A DNA stretch of 57,755 bases from a virus (IMGVR_UViG_3300023115_000024:1-57755), one strand, 5' to 3'; shown: positions 17,030-27,379, counted from the stretch's first letter. Notes: generated by a model from the letters alone, not told the origin. Program-made: numbers and translations.

Positions 17030-17791
17030 TTACACCTTATATAGTTTTACATAGTTTAGACGAGTTTCGTTTGCATCAAACAAACGATTTTTAGTTTGTG
17101 CCTTTACTTTGGCTTTGATGCGTTTGCTATCACCAATTGCATGATCATACTTGTTCATAAACGACACAAGGTTACCGTCTGTAGTAACTGCGGTGTAGTT
17201 ATATGACTCCCACTGTGCGCTGTATCTCTTGTCAAGGATTTTAATCACTGCTTCTACATTGTCTTTATCTTGTCCAAGGTGCGCACTGTCACGATATTCT
17301 ACACGGATCTCTTTCTTAAGGCCGTTTTCGTGAATGTCACGTTTGATAAATTCTGGAGCAAACGCAATGCGACCCATGCCTGCAACTTTTACTTCATCTT
17401 GTGAAAGCTCTCTAATCATATCCTGTTTGAAACTATCAAGATCGGCAAGTCCAAGCATAACATACCGCTTCATCCACTTGAGGGCTTCTTGTACAGAATT
17501 ATAATCTTGTGCATTAGGTTCGAACATTTCAAAATCATCAGGGACATAACCACCACGTTTCTTCTCATAATAAAAACGCACAAGATCTTTATTTGGAAAA
17601 TGTGTTGGATTGTTGTCGTCTGAAAAACGACGAAGGTCTTTGTTATAAGTTTCGCCGTTGATACGATAGGCTGCATATGCAACAGCTAATGCATCTGTCA
17701 ATTTAACAGTTTTCATAGGTAAAACTTCAGGTTTTGCAGGAATCTTGGTTGCCCAACCAATTGCGCCAGAATAATTTGTATGTGCTGTCAT
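17030..17791 (-). CDS. hypothetical protein with C-terminal OB-fold-like region
   Basis: Own promoter and AGGC leader; beta-rich C-terminus ending TRLNYVK. Confidence 0.6.
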   Translation of the reverse strand: MTAHTNYSGAIGWATKIPAKPEVLPMKTVKLTDALAVAYAAYRINGETYNKDLRRFSDDNNPTHFPNKDLVRFYYEKKRGGYVPDDFEMFEPNAQDYNSVQEALKWMKRYVMLGLADLDSFKQDMIRELSQDEVKVAGMGRIAFAPEFIKRDIHENGLKKEIRVEYRDSAHLGQDKDNVEAVIKILDKRYSAQWESYNYTAVTTDGNLVSFMNKYDHAIGDSKRIKAKVKAQTKNRLFDANETRLNYVKLYKV

Positions 17792-17827
17792 TGTGTGCCT
17801 CTGTGTGTTTGCCTAACTATTAATAAT

Positions 17828-17856
17828 AGTATAGTACCAAAGGCACACATTGTCAA
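17828..17856 (-). promoter_or_regulatory. sigma70-type promoter
   Basis: TTGACA-17 bp-TATACT. Confidence 0.75.
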
Positions 17857-17859
17857 CCA

Positions 17860-18888
17860 TTATTCAAACAATTCTTCAAAAATTTCTTCATTTATTTGGG
17901 GTTTTTCCATGCCTGGATGGCGAACTTTTGACAAATCTTTTGGTATCTTTTGGTATATTTCCTCAGGAACAAAGAATCGATCCATAACACCTTTAATTCT
18001 CTGCCAATCAGATCCTAGATCATTTCCTTGGAAATCTGTGGTTACATAGTTACCAACTTGCTTATGAAACAAGTCAAACATATCCTGCGGAGTATAACCA
18101 AATTTCTTACACTGCGCTTCTACTATTTCTAGTTGCACCACAGGGCGACAACGTTGAATAGTTTGTAAAGCACCTTTGAGAATTGGATATTCATATCCTT
18201 CGCAATCTACTTTGATTGCATCAACATCTTCAAAGTTATAACTGTCTAATGTGTTAACTGTAACATCATAAACTTCGTATTTTGTCTTTTGTTTACGTTC
18301 TTCTGTAAGAATACAGTTGTGTCCTACATTATTAGGATGATCTTCCATTTGAAAACTGCCAGCAACATCACCTAGTCCTACATTGTGCAAATGTACATCA
18401 GCACTCATTGTCAGACTTGCAAATGTTTTGTCAGGAAATTTATACCAGCCATCTGCATGATCAGGATCATGTTCGCTCATTACCTTTTGACTGTTGTAGT
18501 AACGTCCTTTAAGCTCTACGTGTTGATTAAGTTCTACGTTAGCTTCTGCTAGTGCGAATGTGCTAGGTGTAGGTTCAAAGCCGTGAACTGTTTGAGCCCA
18601 TGTAGCATACTCCATTGTGTTGTTAGCAACGTTCATACCTACGTCAACAATAGTACGTGCATCAGGAACACACTTGCGTAACCATTTTAAATTTCTGCCT
18701 TGGTATGGGCCGTTTTCTCTTGCAAAGCGTTGCACGTATAGCGCATCATCTTTCCATACCCAATACAACCGACCCATGCGATTGTGTATTAGTTCTTTAG
18801 TTGTGTCTGCCTGTAATTGAGGATATAGTGTTTTGAAATGATTTATATCCCATTCTTGCCATTTATAATTTTTCATGCCTTTTTCCAT
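17860..18888 (-). CDS. FkbM-family SAM-dependent methyltransferase
   Basis: VDVGMN, GFEP, TLDS and IKVDCEGYE..ILKGA motifs. Confidence 0.85.
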   Translation of the reverse strand: MEKGMKNYKWQEWDINHFKTLYPQLQADTTKELIHNRMGRLYWVWKDDALYVQRFARENGPYQGRNLKWLRKCVPDARTIVDVGMNVANNTMEYATWAQTVHGFEPTPSTFALAEANVELNQHVELKGRYYNSQKVMSEHDPDHADGWYKFPDKTFASLTMSADVHLHNVGLGDVAGSFQMEDHPNNVGHNCILTEERKQKTKYEVYDVTVNTLDSYNFEDVDAIKVDCEGYEYPILKGALQTIQRCRPVVQLEIVEAQCKKFGYTPQDMFDLFHKQVGNYVTTDFQGNDLGSDWQRIKGVMDRFFVPEEIYQKIPKDLSKVRHPGMEKPQINEEIFEELFE

Positions 18889-19790
18889 CTGTCTTTAAAC
18901 TTGTCAGGATAAAAGTTAGTAGCAATTTCTGCTGCATCATTCCTAACAAGAATATCTAAGTTCGTATCATTTAGAACTGGGCTTGTACTGCTCTTAGGTT
19001 CTTTGTTATACGTACTATTATATATTTCTTCTTTGAAAGTGTCAAGTTGAATCCGGCTTATGTTTTCTAACTTAGCTCTAAATTCTTGGAAGTAAGCATT
19101 TCGATTCCAGCGGTTACTGTTGACTTCTTGTATTGTGCAGTTTGTAACTTCTTCAAAACCGTCGTCTGTAAACTGTAGGACATTTGCACCTACATTAGCA
19201 TAACGCCAAAAAGGAGCAATGTTGTTGTTTAGATTATCGCCACCATCTTTGCGCTCTGTATTATGTACAGTCACAACAAGACTATGGTCTACTACAAAAC
19301 GCACCATACTTAACGGATCGATCTTATTGTTGCTAAGAATTTTATTTAAAAGAAGTGTTTTAATATGATTCACTTGAAAGTTGTGTTCGCAGTGAAAACC
19401 ACCTTCTTTAGTATGAAACTCTTTTGTAGTTAAACCACCTAATCCTAACTTTTGCATTTCTAACAATGCTTTACCTGTAATTAAGTCAGCACCACTGTTA
19501 CCTGTCTTCTGTGTTGTGTTAAGCACATCGCTTTGTGTTTCACGAATACAAAATCCTAGTGCATTATAGTTTTCATTACTGGCTGTTTTATATCCTTCTC
19601 CTGCACTTGATCCGCCCATAAAGTGATGCTTGAACCAATGATATTCGTTTAGTTCATTTGCATCTTTCGTACCTACTGCATTTGCAAAAGAACGTAAGTC
19701 GCTCGCAAGAAAGTGTAAGCGGAGCCCCCACTTACATGCTTTCTCAATCTGTTTGTTTACGTCTTGATCAAAGAATTTCTTAAGGTTCAT
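18873..19790 (-). CDS. hypothetical protein (possible nuclease, HCEH motif)
   Basis: 305-aa ORF with its own promoter (19824-19852). Confidence 0.55.
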   Translation of the reverse strand: MNLKKFFDQDVNKQIEKACKWGLRLHFLASDLRSFANAVGTKDANELNEYHWFKHHFMGGSSAGEGYKTASNENYNALGFCIRETQSDVLNTTQKTGNSGADLITGKALLEMQKLGLGGLTTKEFHTKEGGFHCEHNFQVNHIKTLLLNKILSNNKIDPLSMVRFVVDHSLVVTVHNTERKDGGDNLNNNIAPFWRYANVGANVLQFTDDGFEEVTNCTIQEVNSNRWNRNAYFQEFRAKLENISRIQLDTFKEEIYNSTYNKEPKSSTSPVLNDTNLDILVRNDAAEIATNFYPDKFKDRWKKA

Positions 19791-19819
19791 TGTAGCCTCT
19801 GATTTTGCCTAACTATTGT

Positions 19820-20302
19820 TTATAGTGTAGCATCAGTAGGATGTTCTGTCAAGTTTTTTCCGCCCAAATAATCTTTGTCTCGATAAGTTTTAATCATATG
19901 ACACCGAACGCACAATGTTCTAATGTTATCTGCTGTATCTTCTCCACCTTCGCTTTTTAGAATTTGATGATCTCCGTGCATTACACCGCGGATAACTCGC
20001 ATACGATCATAGTCATCTTCAATACAACTAATCTGAGGATCTTCTCTAGGATCGTAGCTACATTCTTCGCATACAAAGCCTCTATGAAAAGTATGCAAGC
20101 GATCTAAACGTCCTGGTCCGCCATACTCACGTAGTTGTACTTGATGTTCTCTACACAGGACATCTTGGCCAGGTCCCTTGCGCTCAGTGATAAAATTGTC
20201 ACAATCCTTATGCACACATGTTTTCTGTTCTTTAAAAATGATGCGCATTTGCGCATCACTCTTAAATTCATCGTGCTTTGGATTACGGAATGGCATTACC
20301 AA
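19820..20302 (-). CDS. HNH endonuclease-like protein
   Basis: CEEC...DHQILKSEGG...NIRTLCVRCH. Confidence 0.8.
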   Translation of the reverse strand: MVMPFRNPKHDEFKSDAQMRIIFKEQKTCVHKDCDNFITERKGPGQDVLCREHQVQLREYGGPGRLDRLHTFHRGFVCEECSYDPREDPQISCIEDDYDRMRVIRGVMHGDHQILKSEGGEDTADNIRTLCVRCHMIKTYRDKDYLGGKNLTEHPTDATL

Positions 20303-21456
20303 AGGTCCTTGTTAAGTACACGGAATTCTGTAGAACCATAGTAACGTGGCACAGGATGTTCCAAACTCTTACGTAGCTGTGCAGTTAGATAGGTTGCACC
20401 ATGTGGAATTTCTTTACGTGGTTGAGGTTCTGGACGATACATTTCGTCCCAGCTTGCATAATGATCTTTGTGCCAGCTGTAGTATGTGCTGTACACTTTG
20501 CCCCAGAATGTTCCTTCTGGACTAAAGTCTGCATCAAACAGGTCTTTCATTACAAGTGCAAGATCCTGAATATATTCGTCAGTTACAACAACATCTTGAT
20601 CTTTACACGCACTAAAGTACCAATACATCATTACAATTTCTTTTGGCTCTGTTGCACGTTCTTGTCCTACGGCAGCAAAGTATTTTGCAAACCATTGTGT
20701 TACAATAGGATCATGTTTAACAAGCTCGTTCAAACGACTAATAGCACCTGCTTCTTCGTGGTCGCCAAACTTTTCGTTTGTTGCAAAGAGTTCATACGCT
20801 TCTAAATATTGCTGTTTAAGTTCTGCATCAATCCAAGCTGGGTTAGTACTACCGTCTACACGAACACCGTAGATCATTTGCATGAACAAATCAATTTCGT
20901 CAAGTCCTAGTTTATCATCACCATTAAGACCAATAAAGTTTTCGCGGATTTCTGCTTTCTTGCTCATAGGGTACACAACAATAGGTACCATACAATCTGC
21001 AAGTTTATCACCAAATACTTTACTAATAATAGTATAAAGTGCAATAGCAGTATGCTGACCATCCCATGCAATGTAATATCCAGGTTTGTCTGGATCTTCA
21101 TATACTTGAATAGCCATTACTTTGCTTTCAAGAAAGCGACTGATAATTTTCATTACCCAACGGAAGTTGAGTGGTCGTTGCATAGTAGTATCAATAAGAA
21201 TCTTATCAATAGAAACTTCTAACGCTTTACAAAGTTTAAGATCGCTAAACTTATTCCATTGTGGGTTGTTTGCTACAAACTCTTTAACTGCGGCTTCTAA
21301 ACGATAACTGTTGAACTCGTCTAGTTGCTCGTTCAAACGTTCTTTTAGTGTCACAAAGTGACTGTCTTGTTTGTGATATCGTGAGTTAATCTTACGTGCA
21401 TAAGATTCAATTGCTCGTCGTTGTTGACGGTTAGGTTTGATCATAAATTGTTCCAT
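20296..21456 (-). CDS. ParB/Srx-like DGQH-motif protein
   Basis: IDTTMQRPL and WDGQHT motifs, followed by F..LN. Confidence 0.7.
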   Translation of the reverse strand: MEQFMIKPNRQQRRAIESYARKINSRYHKQDSHFVTLKERLNEQLDEFNSYRLEAAVKEFVANNPQWNKFSDLKLCKALEVSIDKILIDTTMQRPLNFRWVMKIISRFLESKVMAIQVYEDPDKPGYYIAWDGQHTAIALYTIISKVFGDKLADCMVPIVVYPMSKKAEIRENFIGLNGDDKLGLDEIDLFMQMIYGVRVDGSTNPAWIDAELKQQYLEAYELFATNEKFGDHEEAGAISRLNELVKHDPIVTQWFAKYFAAVGQERATEPKEIVMMYWYFSACKDQDVVVTDEYIQDLALVMKDLFDADFSPEGTFWGKVYSTYYSWHKDHYASWDEMYRPEPQPRKEIPHGATYLTAQLRKSLEHPVPRYYGSTEFRVLNKDLW

Positions 21457-21513
21457 AGCATTTGCCTTTTCTTGTTTGCCTATGTGTAAGTAAAACATCT
21501 TTTTATTTTGATG

Positions 21514-21993
21514 TCAACCATTAATATCATATGTCCATTTGTATTGCCCGAGATCATTGGCTTCGCAATATTGAATAAACAATCCTGCTTCTCTACCATG
21601 AGCTTCAATCTCCCACGGACTATCCCAATAGTTGAGATTATCGCTCATCCACTTGCCTTGCCAGCGATGTTTTGCATTTCGTGCACCTACATAAAGTTCA
21701 CCTCTAGCATATTGTTTTACATGAACCATTTCGTGAGCAAGTACTTCTAGTAATCTACGAAGTTTAAGTCCTCTATGCAATTCAATTTCAAACGTTCGAG
21801 GACGATCGTGCCATTGTTCTTCATTAGACAAACAATAACCGTAAGCATCTTCTAGTTTAGTTAATTTTACATGGATGTAAAGATCTTTCATTCTAGGCAA
21901 TAGTTTTTTTACGCAAAACTCTGTCATCGCCCGAACGTGTCTCTTTTGACTTGCTGACCCACCAGTAATCTTAATTTGCATAGCTACTCTCAC
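21514..21993 (-). CDS. zinc metallopeptidase-like protein (HEXXH)
   Basis: LAHEMVHVKQ and PWEIEA. Confidence 0.75.
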   Translation of the reverse strand: MRVAMQIKITGGSASQKRHVRAMTEFCVKKLLPRMKDLYIHVKLTKLEDAYGYCLSNEEQWHDRPRTFEIELHRGLKLRRLLEVLAHEMVHVKQYARGELYVGARNAKHRWQGKWMSDNLNYWDSPWEIEAHGREAGLFIQYCEANDLGQYKWTYDING

Positions 21994-22013
21994 AAGTGTT
22001 TATTTGTACAACT

Positions 22014-22042
22014 ATTATAGCAAGAATAGCTATGCTTGTCAA
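22014..22042 (-). promoter_or_regulatory. sigma70-type promoter
   Basis: TTGACA-17 bp-TATAAT. Confidence 0.75.
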
Positions 22043-22070
22043 GCATATTAAGATTAACTAAATCAACAAC

Positions 22071-22412
22071 TTATAAATCTTCTTGTTCTAATTCATCGTC
22101 AACTGTTGGAGTTTGATAGCCTTTGAGAGCAGAATCATCTGTGATATTTCCTAATCTAATGCTTTTGCTTGTTTTTACATATTCTCGTAATTTGGCTACA
22201 GATCCAGGACCCTCCCAAACACTATTAAGTTCTGCGTTGATCTCTTCTAACGGAATAGAAGATAGCGTATGTCCTCTCCCTAACCATTTGCTATCAATCC
22301 TATCATAAAACTTTTCAAAAAGATATTCTGATAATGGTTCAGCAATCAGGGAGTGATCAGAGATGTTAAAAGTGCCAGAGAAAGTATCTAGCGTACTAGT
22401 AAAGTTTGACAT
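22071..22412 (-). CDS. hypothetical protein
   Basis: SD GAGG. Confidence 0.55.
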   Translation of the reverse strand: MSNFTSTLDTFSGTFNISDHSLIAEPLSEYLFEKFYDRIDSKWLGRGHTLSSIPLEEINAELNSVWEGPGSVAKLREYVKTSKSIRLGNITDDSALKGYQTPTVDDELEQEDL

Positions 22413-22421
22413 AATGTCCTC

Positions 22422-22640
22422 TTATAGTCTGTAAGTGATCCGGCCCTTGTTAAGATCGTATGGTGACATTTCAACTCTTACTCTATCGCCCATTACTAAT
22501 CTTATCCTATGCTGTCTTAACTTGCCGCCGGTATAACAAGTTATGACATGTTCATTTGCAAGTTTTACCTTGAACATCTGACTTGGAAGTACATCAATAA
22601 TTTCGCCTTCCAATTCTATAATGTCATCGTTCTTTGCCAT
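22422..22640 (-). CDS. infA: translation initiation factor IF-1
   Basis: IELEG.I...LP..MFKVKL.N.H....GK...IR...[20 protein letters not shown]. Confidence 0.95.
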   Translation of the reverse strand: MAKNDDIIELEGEIIDVLPSQMFKVKLANEHVITCYTGGKLRQHRIRLVMGDRVRVEMSPYDLNKGRITYRL

Positions 22641-22818
22641 TTGTCTCCTTCTTTGATATGGTGATGCGTCCTTCTTCTGAATTTATAAGCAATGTGTCGC
22701 CTTCAACCCATCCCATCTGTTCTAAAATTTCTGGGGGTATATTCATTAGAACATTTTCGTCGTCCCCTTCAATATCTTCAAATATATCTTCTACTTTGTA
22801 TGTTATTACTTTTGACAT
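22624..22818 (-). CDS. AbrB/MazE-like small DNA-binding protein
   Basis: [17 protein letters not shown] motif. Confidence 0.65.
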   Translation of the reverse strand: MSKVITYKVEDIFEDIEGDDENVLMNIPPEILEQMGWVEGDTLLINSEEGRITISKKETNGKER

Positions 22819-22825
22819 ATGGTAT

Positions 22826-23014
22826 TTATTCGTAGCTTACAACTACTACATTCTCCTCTTTGTCTGGAATTTCAAAAGATCTAGCATGCTCAAGAGCATC
22901 ATGTATGTCGTCAAACAACAGAGGTTCAAGATCAAAACAATGATCAGTTTGCTTTGTTACGTAAATCCAATCATCTTCTTGCTTATTGAAACAAATCATT
23001 ATTGCATATTTCAT
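22826..23014 (-). CDS. hypothetical protein
   Basis: Coupled ORF. Confidence 0.5.
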   Translation of the reverse strand: MKYAIMICFNKQEDDWIYVTKQTDHCFDLEPLLFDDIHDALEHARSFEIPDKEENVVVVSYE

Positions 23015-23250
23015 TGGTTGGCATATCTCCCCATTTCCATTTCAAAGTTTTGGGCTGCATAAATGTTTTCAAAATGAAAAGTATGTTCATAGACATTTGT
23101 CCAAGTAGTGCAACTCCATTCATACTTTTCGCACTGTCTTTTACACCATGTTTTTCCTTTGTCAACTACATCACTATGAAGTCTAACTGTATAACCTGGT
23201 AGCCAGCTCTGTTTGTATTCAAATATTTGTTGTGGGGTCATTTTAGTCAC
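23011..23250 (-). CDS. hypothetical protein
   Basis: Coupled ORF. Confidence 0.55.
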   Translation of the reverse strand: MTKMTPQQIFEYKQSWLPGYTVRLHSDVVDKGKTWCKRQCEKYEWSCTTWTNVYEHTFHFENIYAAQNFEMEMGRYANQ

Positions 23251-23809
23251 AAAGATTAAACGCCATAGTTGATCTGATTGCTCCAGGTTTACTAGGTTCT
23301 ACTGCATGACTTAACCATGCTGGAAATAAAACAACTGTTCCTTTTTTTGGAGGAAGTGCAAATAATCCGTGAGTAACATCTGTTTCTCTATGTCGTTTTG
23401 CAATTGATGTGTAAGGATTAGGAGATTCAAACACTGTCATTCCTGCATGTTCATTTGCTCTTATCCAGTAGATTCCGCTCACGCCATGTATACCGTGTTT
23501 ATGGACAGGATGATAATCTGCTGTTTCGCAATAATCCTGTGTCCAAGCATTAAATTTCATTTGAGGATCTACAGAAATACCTGTCATATCACAAAAACTT
23601 TCTATATTTTTATAGAAAGCTTCCTTTAAATCTGGTAAGTCTTTATCAATGTCTATTATCTTTTTTTCCTCGTGAAAGTCTGAACTATGAATAGAATGTC
23701 TAGGAAGTTTTTCTAATCTGTCAAGGAACATTTCCTCTACTTTATCTGCTAATTGACTATCTATTTCGTTCCAGTATATCGGAGTAGGGAATAAAGGTCT
23801 TAGTTCCAT
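23243..23809 (-). CDS. 2OG-Fe(II) oxygenase-like protein
   Basis: LFPTPI, HPVHKH, SGIYW, LFPAWLSHAV, RSTMAFN. Confidence 0.85.
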   Translation of the reverse strand: MELRPLFPTPIYWNEIDSQLADKVEEMFLDRLEKLPRHSIHSSDFHEEKKIIDIDKDLPDLKEAFYKNIESFCDMTGISVDPQMKFNAWTQDYCETADYHPVHKHGIHGVSGIYWIRANEHAGMTVFESPNPYTSIAKRHRETDVTHGLFALPPKKGTVVLFPAWLSHAVEPSKPGAIRSTMAFNLCD

Positions 23810-24363
23810 TAGAAATCCAAATCTGCTGCTACTACAAATCTATCTTTAAATGATTGCAAAACTCCAGGTCGATGATAGATTTTACCTGGATAAATCATCC
23901 AATTTGCTGTGCGCCAGTCTGCAAAAAATTTTGTATTGTCTTCTGCCAAAGGGCCTTCTGGCGCCATTTCTGTTCCTGCTTTTTCTAAATCTTTTACATC
24001 GTCGGGTAACTGCAAATAAAATACACCACTTATTGTTTCATTCTCACTGACGGCGTGATGATGCCAAAGTTTTTCTGGTTCTTCTACTAGTTTTAAGGAA
24101 GTTTGAACTCCCCAGCTTCCTACTTTTTTAATTTGTACTTCTTTGCCTAAATAAGCAAACACACTCCAAATAAAAGCCATTTTGAGTTTGCTCCAGTGTT
24201 CGCCTTTGTGCCCAAAAATATTAATATTGGTTTGAAACTTAGGACTATTTTCCCAATACTGTCCTCTGTCAATTAGAGAAAAAATATCTTTAACAAGTAG
24301 TTTTCGATCTTCTTCTGTAATCAAGTTTGACCAATCATAATGTGTGTATAGATTGTTTTGCAT
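23809..24363 (-). CDS. 2OG-Fe(II) oxygenase-like protein
   Basis: WHHH, SGVFYL, IYPGKIYHRP, RFVVAAD. Confidence 0.7.
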   Translation of the reverse strand: MQNNLYTHYDWSNLITEEDRKLLVKDIFSLIDRGQYWENSPKFQTNINIFGHKGEHWSKLKMAFIWSVFAYLGKEVQIKKVGSWGVQTSLKLVEEPEKLWHHHAVSENETISGVFYLQLPDDVKDLEKAGTEMAPEGPLAEDNTKFFADWRTANWMIYPGKIYHRPGVLQSFKDRFVVAADLDF

Positions 24364-24419
24364 AGATACCTTTCTAAGTTTTATACTATAATAGCAGATA
24401 ACTTAGAGTTTGTCAAGTG

Positions 24420-25817
24420 TTAATTGCCACGAACTTTGGTAAGTTTTTTGAGAAGTGCGCCTTTTTCTATTAGATTGTTCATCTTATCTGCTCCATACTT
24501 TGCACGTATGCGGATAAGTTCTTCTTTTGGATTTTCTCTATTGTAGAAGATCAAACTAGGCCAACCTGGAGTACCGTCTTTTGGTTTACTAACAGTCATT
24601 TTTATATCAAGATCAAGTTGATCTCTATCTAGTAGTCTATCTAATTTTTGAAAGTCTAGCACATAATATTTGTTTCTTTCAAACTGGGCTAGTTGTACAG
24701 CTGGATCATTGTAGGTTCCGTGTTCTTTGATATTGTTTACAAATTGTTTCAACCATTTCTTTTCTGCGTCATCATCGGAGCCAGCCAACTCTTTGTGGAA
24801 TTCGTCTCCTGCCTTTTTGTAAACAGCCATTACAGCATCTCTTAAATTTTCTGCACCTAAATATTGATTACCAACTGCTGATACATCTACGCCAAAATCT
24901 GCAAAGATTTTTTTGTATGCTTCCCAGCCATACTCGCCATGAGCTTTCTTTTTACTGCGCACTGATGTGCCGCCTGCTGCCGCCTGCCCAAATTGGCTAG
25001 TAGTGCCTGCCTTCAAACTTAAATCAAAACGCTGTTTTCTTTCTTTGCCTTCTTCGTCTATATATAACATATAGATATCAGTTTTGCGGCCTGTCATGTC
25101 TGATACACCATCAGCAATAACATGAACTGTATCAGGACGCTTATTGTTTTCAAAGAATCTTGCAAATCTATCAACAATTGCTGCATCATTTACATAATTA
25201 ATACAATTGTTTATATAGCCTAGCATTTCTTTGTCAGCAGTCATAAACTCCCAGTCTACAAAATCTACATAATTTTTCATTGGTAGTTTTACTGTAAGTT
25301 TAAAATTATCTGTAATGTCTTCTGCTTTCGCAGGGAATGTAATTTCGCCGCCGCCAGACTTTAGTGTAGGGTCCGGAGCCTGTGTGTTTGCAAATCTATT
25401 AATTATTGCTTTTACATCATCTGCAGATACATCTCTGCCAGGACGAGTTGCCAATCTAGCTACAGTGGCAGCACCCAACACACCTTCCATAGTGTTACCA
25501 CGATTTGCCATTTTGCGCTCACCAGTTTCTGATTCACCAGTTGCACCAAATTCGCCAGTTTTTTCTAACTTAGACATTGTTAAAGTTTCGCCTTCAGTAG
25601 ACTGAAACTTTAATGTTCTAGTTTGTCCAGAACGGATAGCATTTACAATTTTATCTTTTTCTGCAGGATCAATTTTTACAGTGCCTGTATTTCCTACACG
25701 CACAAAGTCTTCACCGCGATCTATTTTTGCTAAAAATGTGTTTAAACGATCGTCGCCGTGTTTAACTAAATCATTAGCGGAAAGTTGTCTTTCAGATAAA
25801 ATTTCACTGTAACGCAT
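24420..25817 (-). CDS. hypothetical protein, probable head-internal protein (possible nuclease fold)
   Basis: N-terminus MRYSEILSE; TAAA(T/C)A boxes upstream; KTDI...LSLK PD-(D/E)XK-like spacing. Confidence 0.55.
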   Translation of the reverse strand: MRYSEILSERQLSANDLVKHGDDRLNTFLAKIDRGEDFVRVGNTGTVKIDPAEKDKIVNAIRSGQTRTLKFQSTEGETLTMSKLEKTGEFGATGESETGERKMANRGNTMEGVLGAATVARLATRPGRDVSADDVKAIINRFANTQAPDPTLKSGGGEITFPAKAEDITDNFKLTVKLPMKNYVDFVDWEFMTADKEMLGYINNCINYVNDAAIVDRFARFFENNKRPDTVHVIADGVSDMTGRKTDIYMLYIDEEGKERKQRFDLSLKAGTTSQFGQAAAGGTSVRSKKKAHGEYGWEAYKKIFADFGVDVSAVGNQYLGAENLRDAVMAVYKKAGDEFHKELAGSDDDAEKKWLKQFVNNIKEHGTYNDPAVQLAQFERNKYYVLDFQKLDRLLDRDQLDLDIKMTVSKPKDGTPGWPSLIFYNRENPKEELIRIRAKYGADKMNNLIEKGALLKKLTKVRGN

Positions 25818-25842
25818 TGCTTGTTTCCCATGTTTAGTGTAT

Positions 25843-26535
25843 TTATACGATTTTAGGAAACAACATATCTCTACAGAACACTTCTACCTCATCTTCAGGT
25901 AGGCCTAGACTTTTCATTACATTGGGCGTATGTGGATTTTGTTGCTGATTATGACAATAGTAATTTTGAGATGCAATTACTTCGTCTCTATTTCCAGCAC
26001 CATTAAAAGCTGGTACTTCTTCAAACCATGCACGTAAATTGTCTAGCGCAATTTTAATAATTGCAACGGCTTCTTCTTCTGTTTTTACATTGCTGGCAGC
26101 AAGCATTTTATCTGTAAAAATGTTGCGAGCCCATTCAGGCAGTTCTCTTTTTTTACTAGGAACAAATTCTTCTACACTTTCTTTGTAACCGTCAATCATT
26201 GGATGGTCAAATGTGGCACTTGGTGAATAATCATGAAAGGCTCCAGTCATTTTATTTTTACCTGCAATTACATCAAAGCCGTATATAGGTGCATCATTAT
26301 TAAGTATTGGGAAGCAACATACGTGCATCATCCAAAGACCTTTTGTGTCTCTAGCATCTACAACATCAATATGAGCACGACGAACGCTATCATTACTCCA
26401 TACCCTATTAATCCAGCCGTTATCTGGTTGATTGAATGCTGCAAGTCCTGGCTCTTCAATTTCTGTAGCATGTTCATCAAAAATATTAATGATTTCATCT
26501 TGGCATTCTATTAGTTTATCCCAAATAGCACTCAT
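25843..26535 (-). CDS. pcyX: ferredoxin-dependent bilin reductase, PcyX/PcyA family
   Basis: RRAHIDVVD, WMMHVCCFP, YGFDVIAG, PEWA..IF and QQQNPHT; Asp at the PcyA-Glu position; adjacent to heme oxygenase. Confidence 0.8.
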   Translation of the reverse strand: MSAIWDKLIECQDEIINIFDEHATEIEEPGLAAFNQPDNGWINRVWSNDSVRRAHIDVVDARDTKGLWMMHVCCFPILNNDAPIYGFDVIAGKNKMTGAFHDYSPSATFDHPMIDGYKESVEEFVPSKKRELPEWARNIFTDKMLAASNVKTEEEAVAIIKIALDNLRAWFEEVPAFNGAGNRDEVIASQNYYCHNQQQNPHTPNVMKSLGLPEDEVEVFCRDMLFPKIV

Positions 26536-27074
26536 AAAATTTCTTCCATTTGTTGAAATGCCTTAGTAGCAAAATCAAAACATATTTTAGCTTCTTCGGC
26601 CATGGCATCTGTTGTTTGAGATCTGATATGTTCTTTAATTGTATCAACATCTCCTTCAAATTGATACATTTTACCTGAGCCCGGAACACGCTTTGCTATC
26701 ATCTGCCCTCCACTTAAATCTCCCATATGTCGCACATAAACATGAGCCATTAACTTGTCAGCATCGTGCTTGATAGACATGATATGATCCATGTATTCTT
26801 TGACAACGGGTAGTAAAGGAGGTTGATCAGGATTGCCAACTCCCCATAGCTCTTGATAGTCTGCATGTATCAAAGGAGCTCTTCTTATGCCGGGCAAATT
26901 ATCAAAAATGCCTTCTGCCATTGCAAACATCTCTAATATATTATATTGCGGATGCTGATTAAATAAAAAGGTAGCATATCTTTCTTCAGATATACCACCT
27001 AAAAGTTCTTTAACAAAAGCCTGCCTTTCAGCATTTTTGTGATGTTCCCAAGTAAGCTCTTTCAGATTGCTCAT
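26532..27074 (-). CDS. hemO: heme oxygenase
   Basis: LKELTWEHHKNAE and AHVYVRHMGDLSGGQ. Confidence 0.92.
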   Translation of the reverse strand: MSNLKELTWEHHKNAERQAFVKELLGGISEERYATFLFNQHPQYNILEMFAMAEGIFDNLPGIRRAPLIHADYQELWGVGNPDQPPLLPVVKEYMDHIMSIKHDADKLMAHVYVRHMGDLSGGQMIAKRVPGSGKMYQFEGDVDTIKEHIRSQTTDAMAEEAKICFDFATKAFQQMEEIL

Positions 27075-27379
27075 TATGCCTCTTCTAATTTTGTCTGTAA
27101 AGGGAATCCGTTAGCTCTACTTAGATTAACCACCTCTACACTTTTCATCTCTGCTACTTCGTAATTATATGTTCCTACAACTGCTGCACCTTCATTGTGA
27201 ATTTGCATAGTTATAGCTTCGCTAGATTGCTGTGAGTGTTTAAAAATTTGTTGCAATATTTGTATAACAAAATTAATCGGTGTATGCTGATCGTTCAACA
27301 TAATTATGTTGTACTTACCAGGTAAGCTTTCTTTGATAACTATTTTTTCGTCAATGATTACTTCTGTATCTACGCTCAT
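27074..27379 (-). CDS. clpS: N-end rule adaptor ClpS
   Basis: YNIIMLNDQHTP..FV, IHNEG.A.VG, FPL. Confidence 0.9.
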   Translation of the reverse strand: MSVDTEVIIDEKIVIKESLPGKYNIIMLNDQHTPINFVIQILQQIFKHSQQSSEAITMQIHNEGAAVVGTYNYEVAEMKSVEVVNLSRANGFPLQTKLEEA

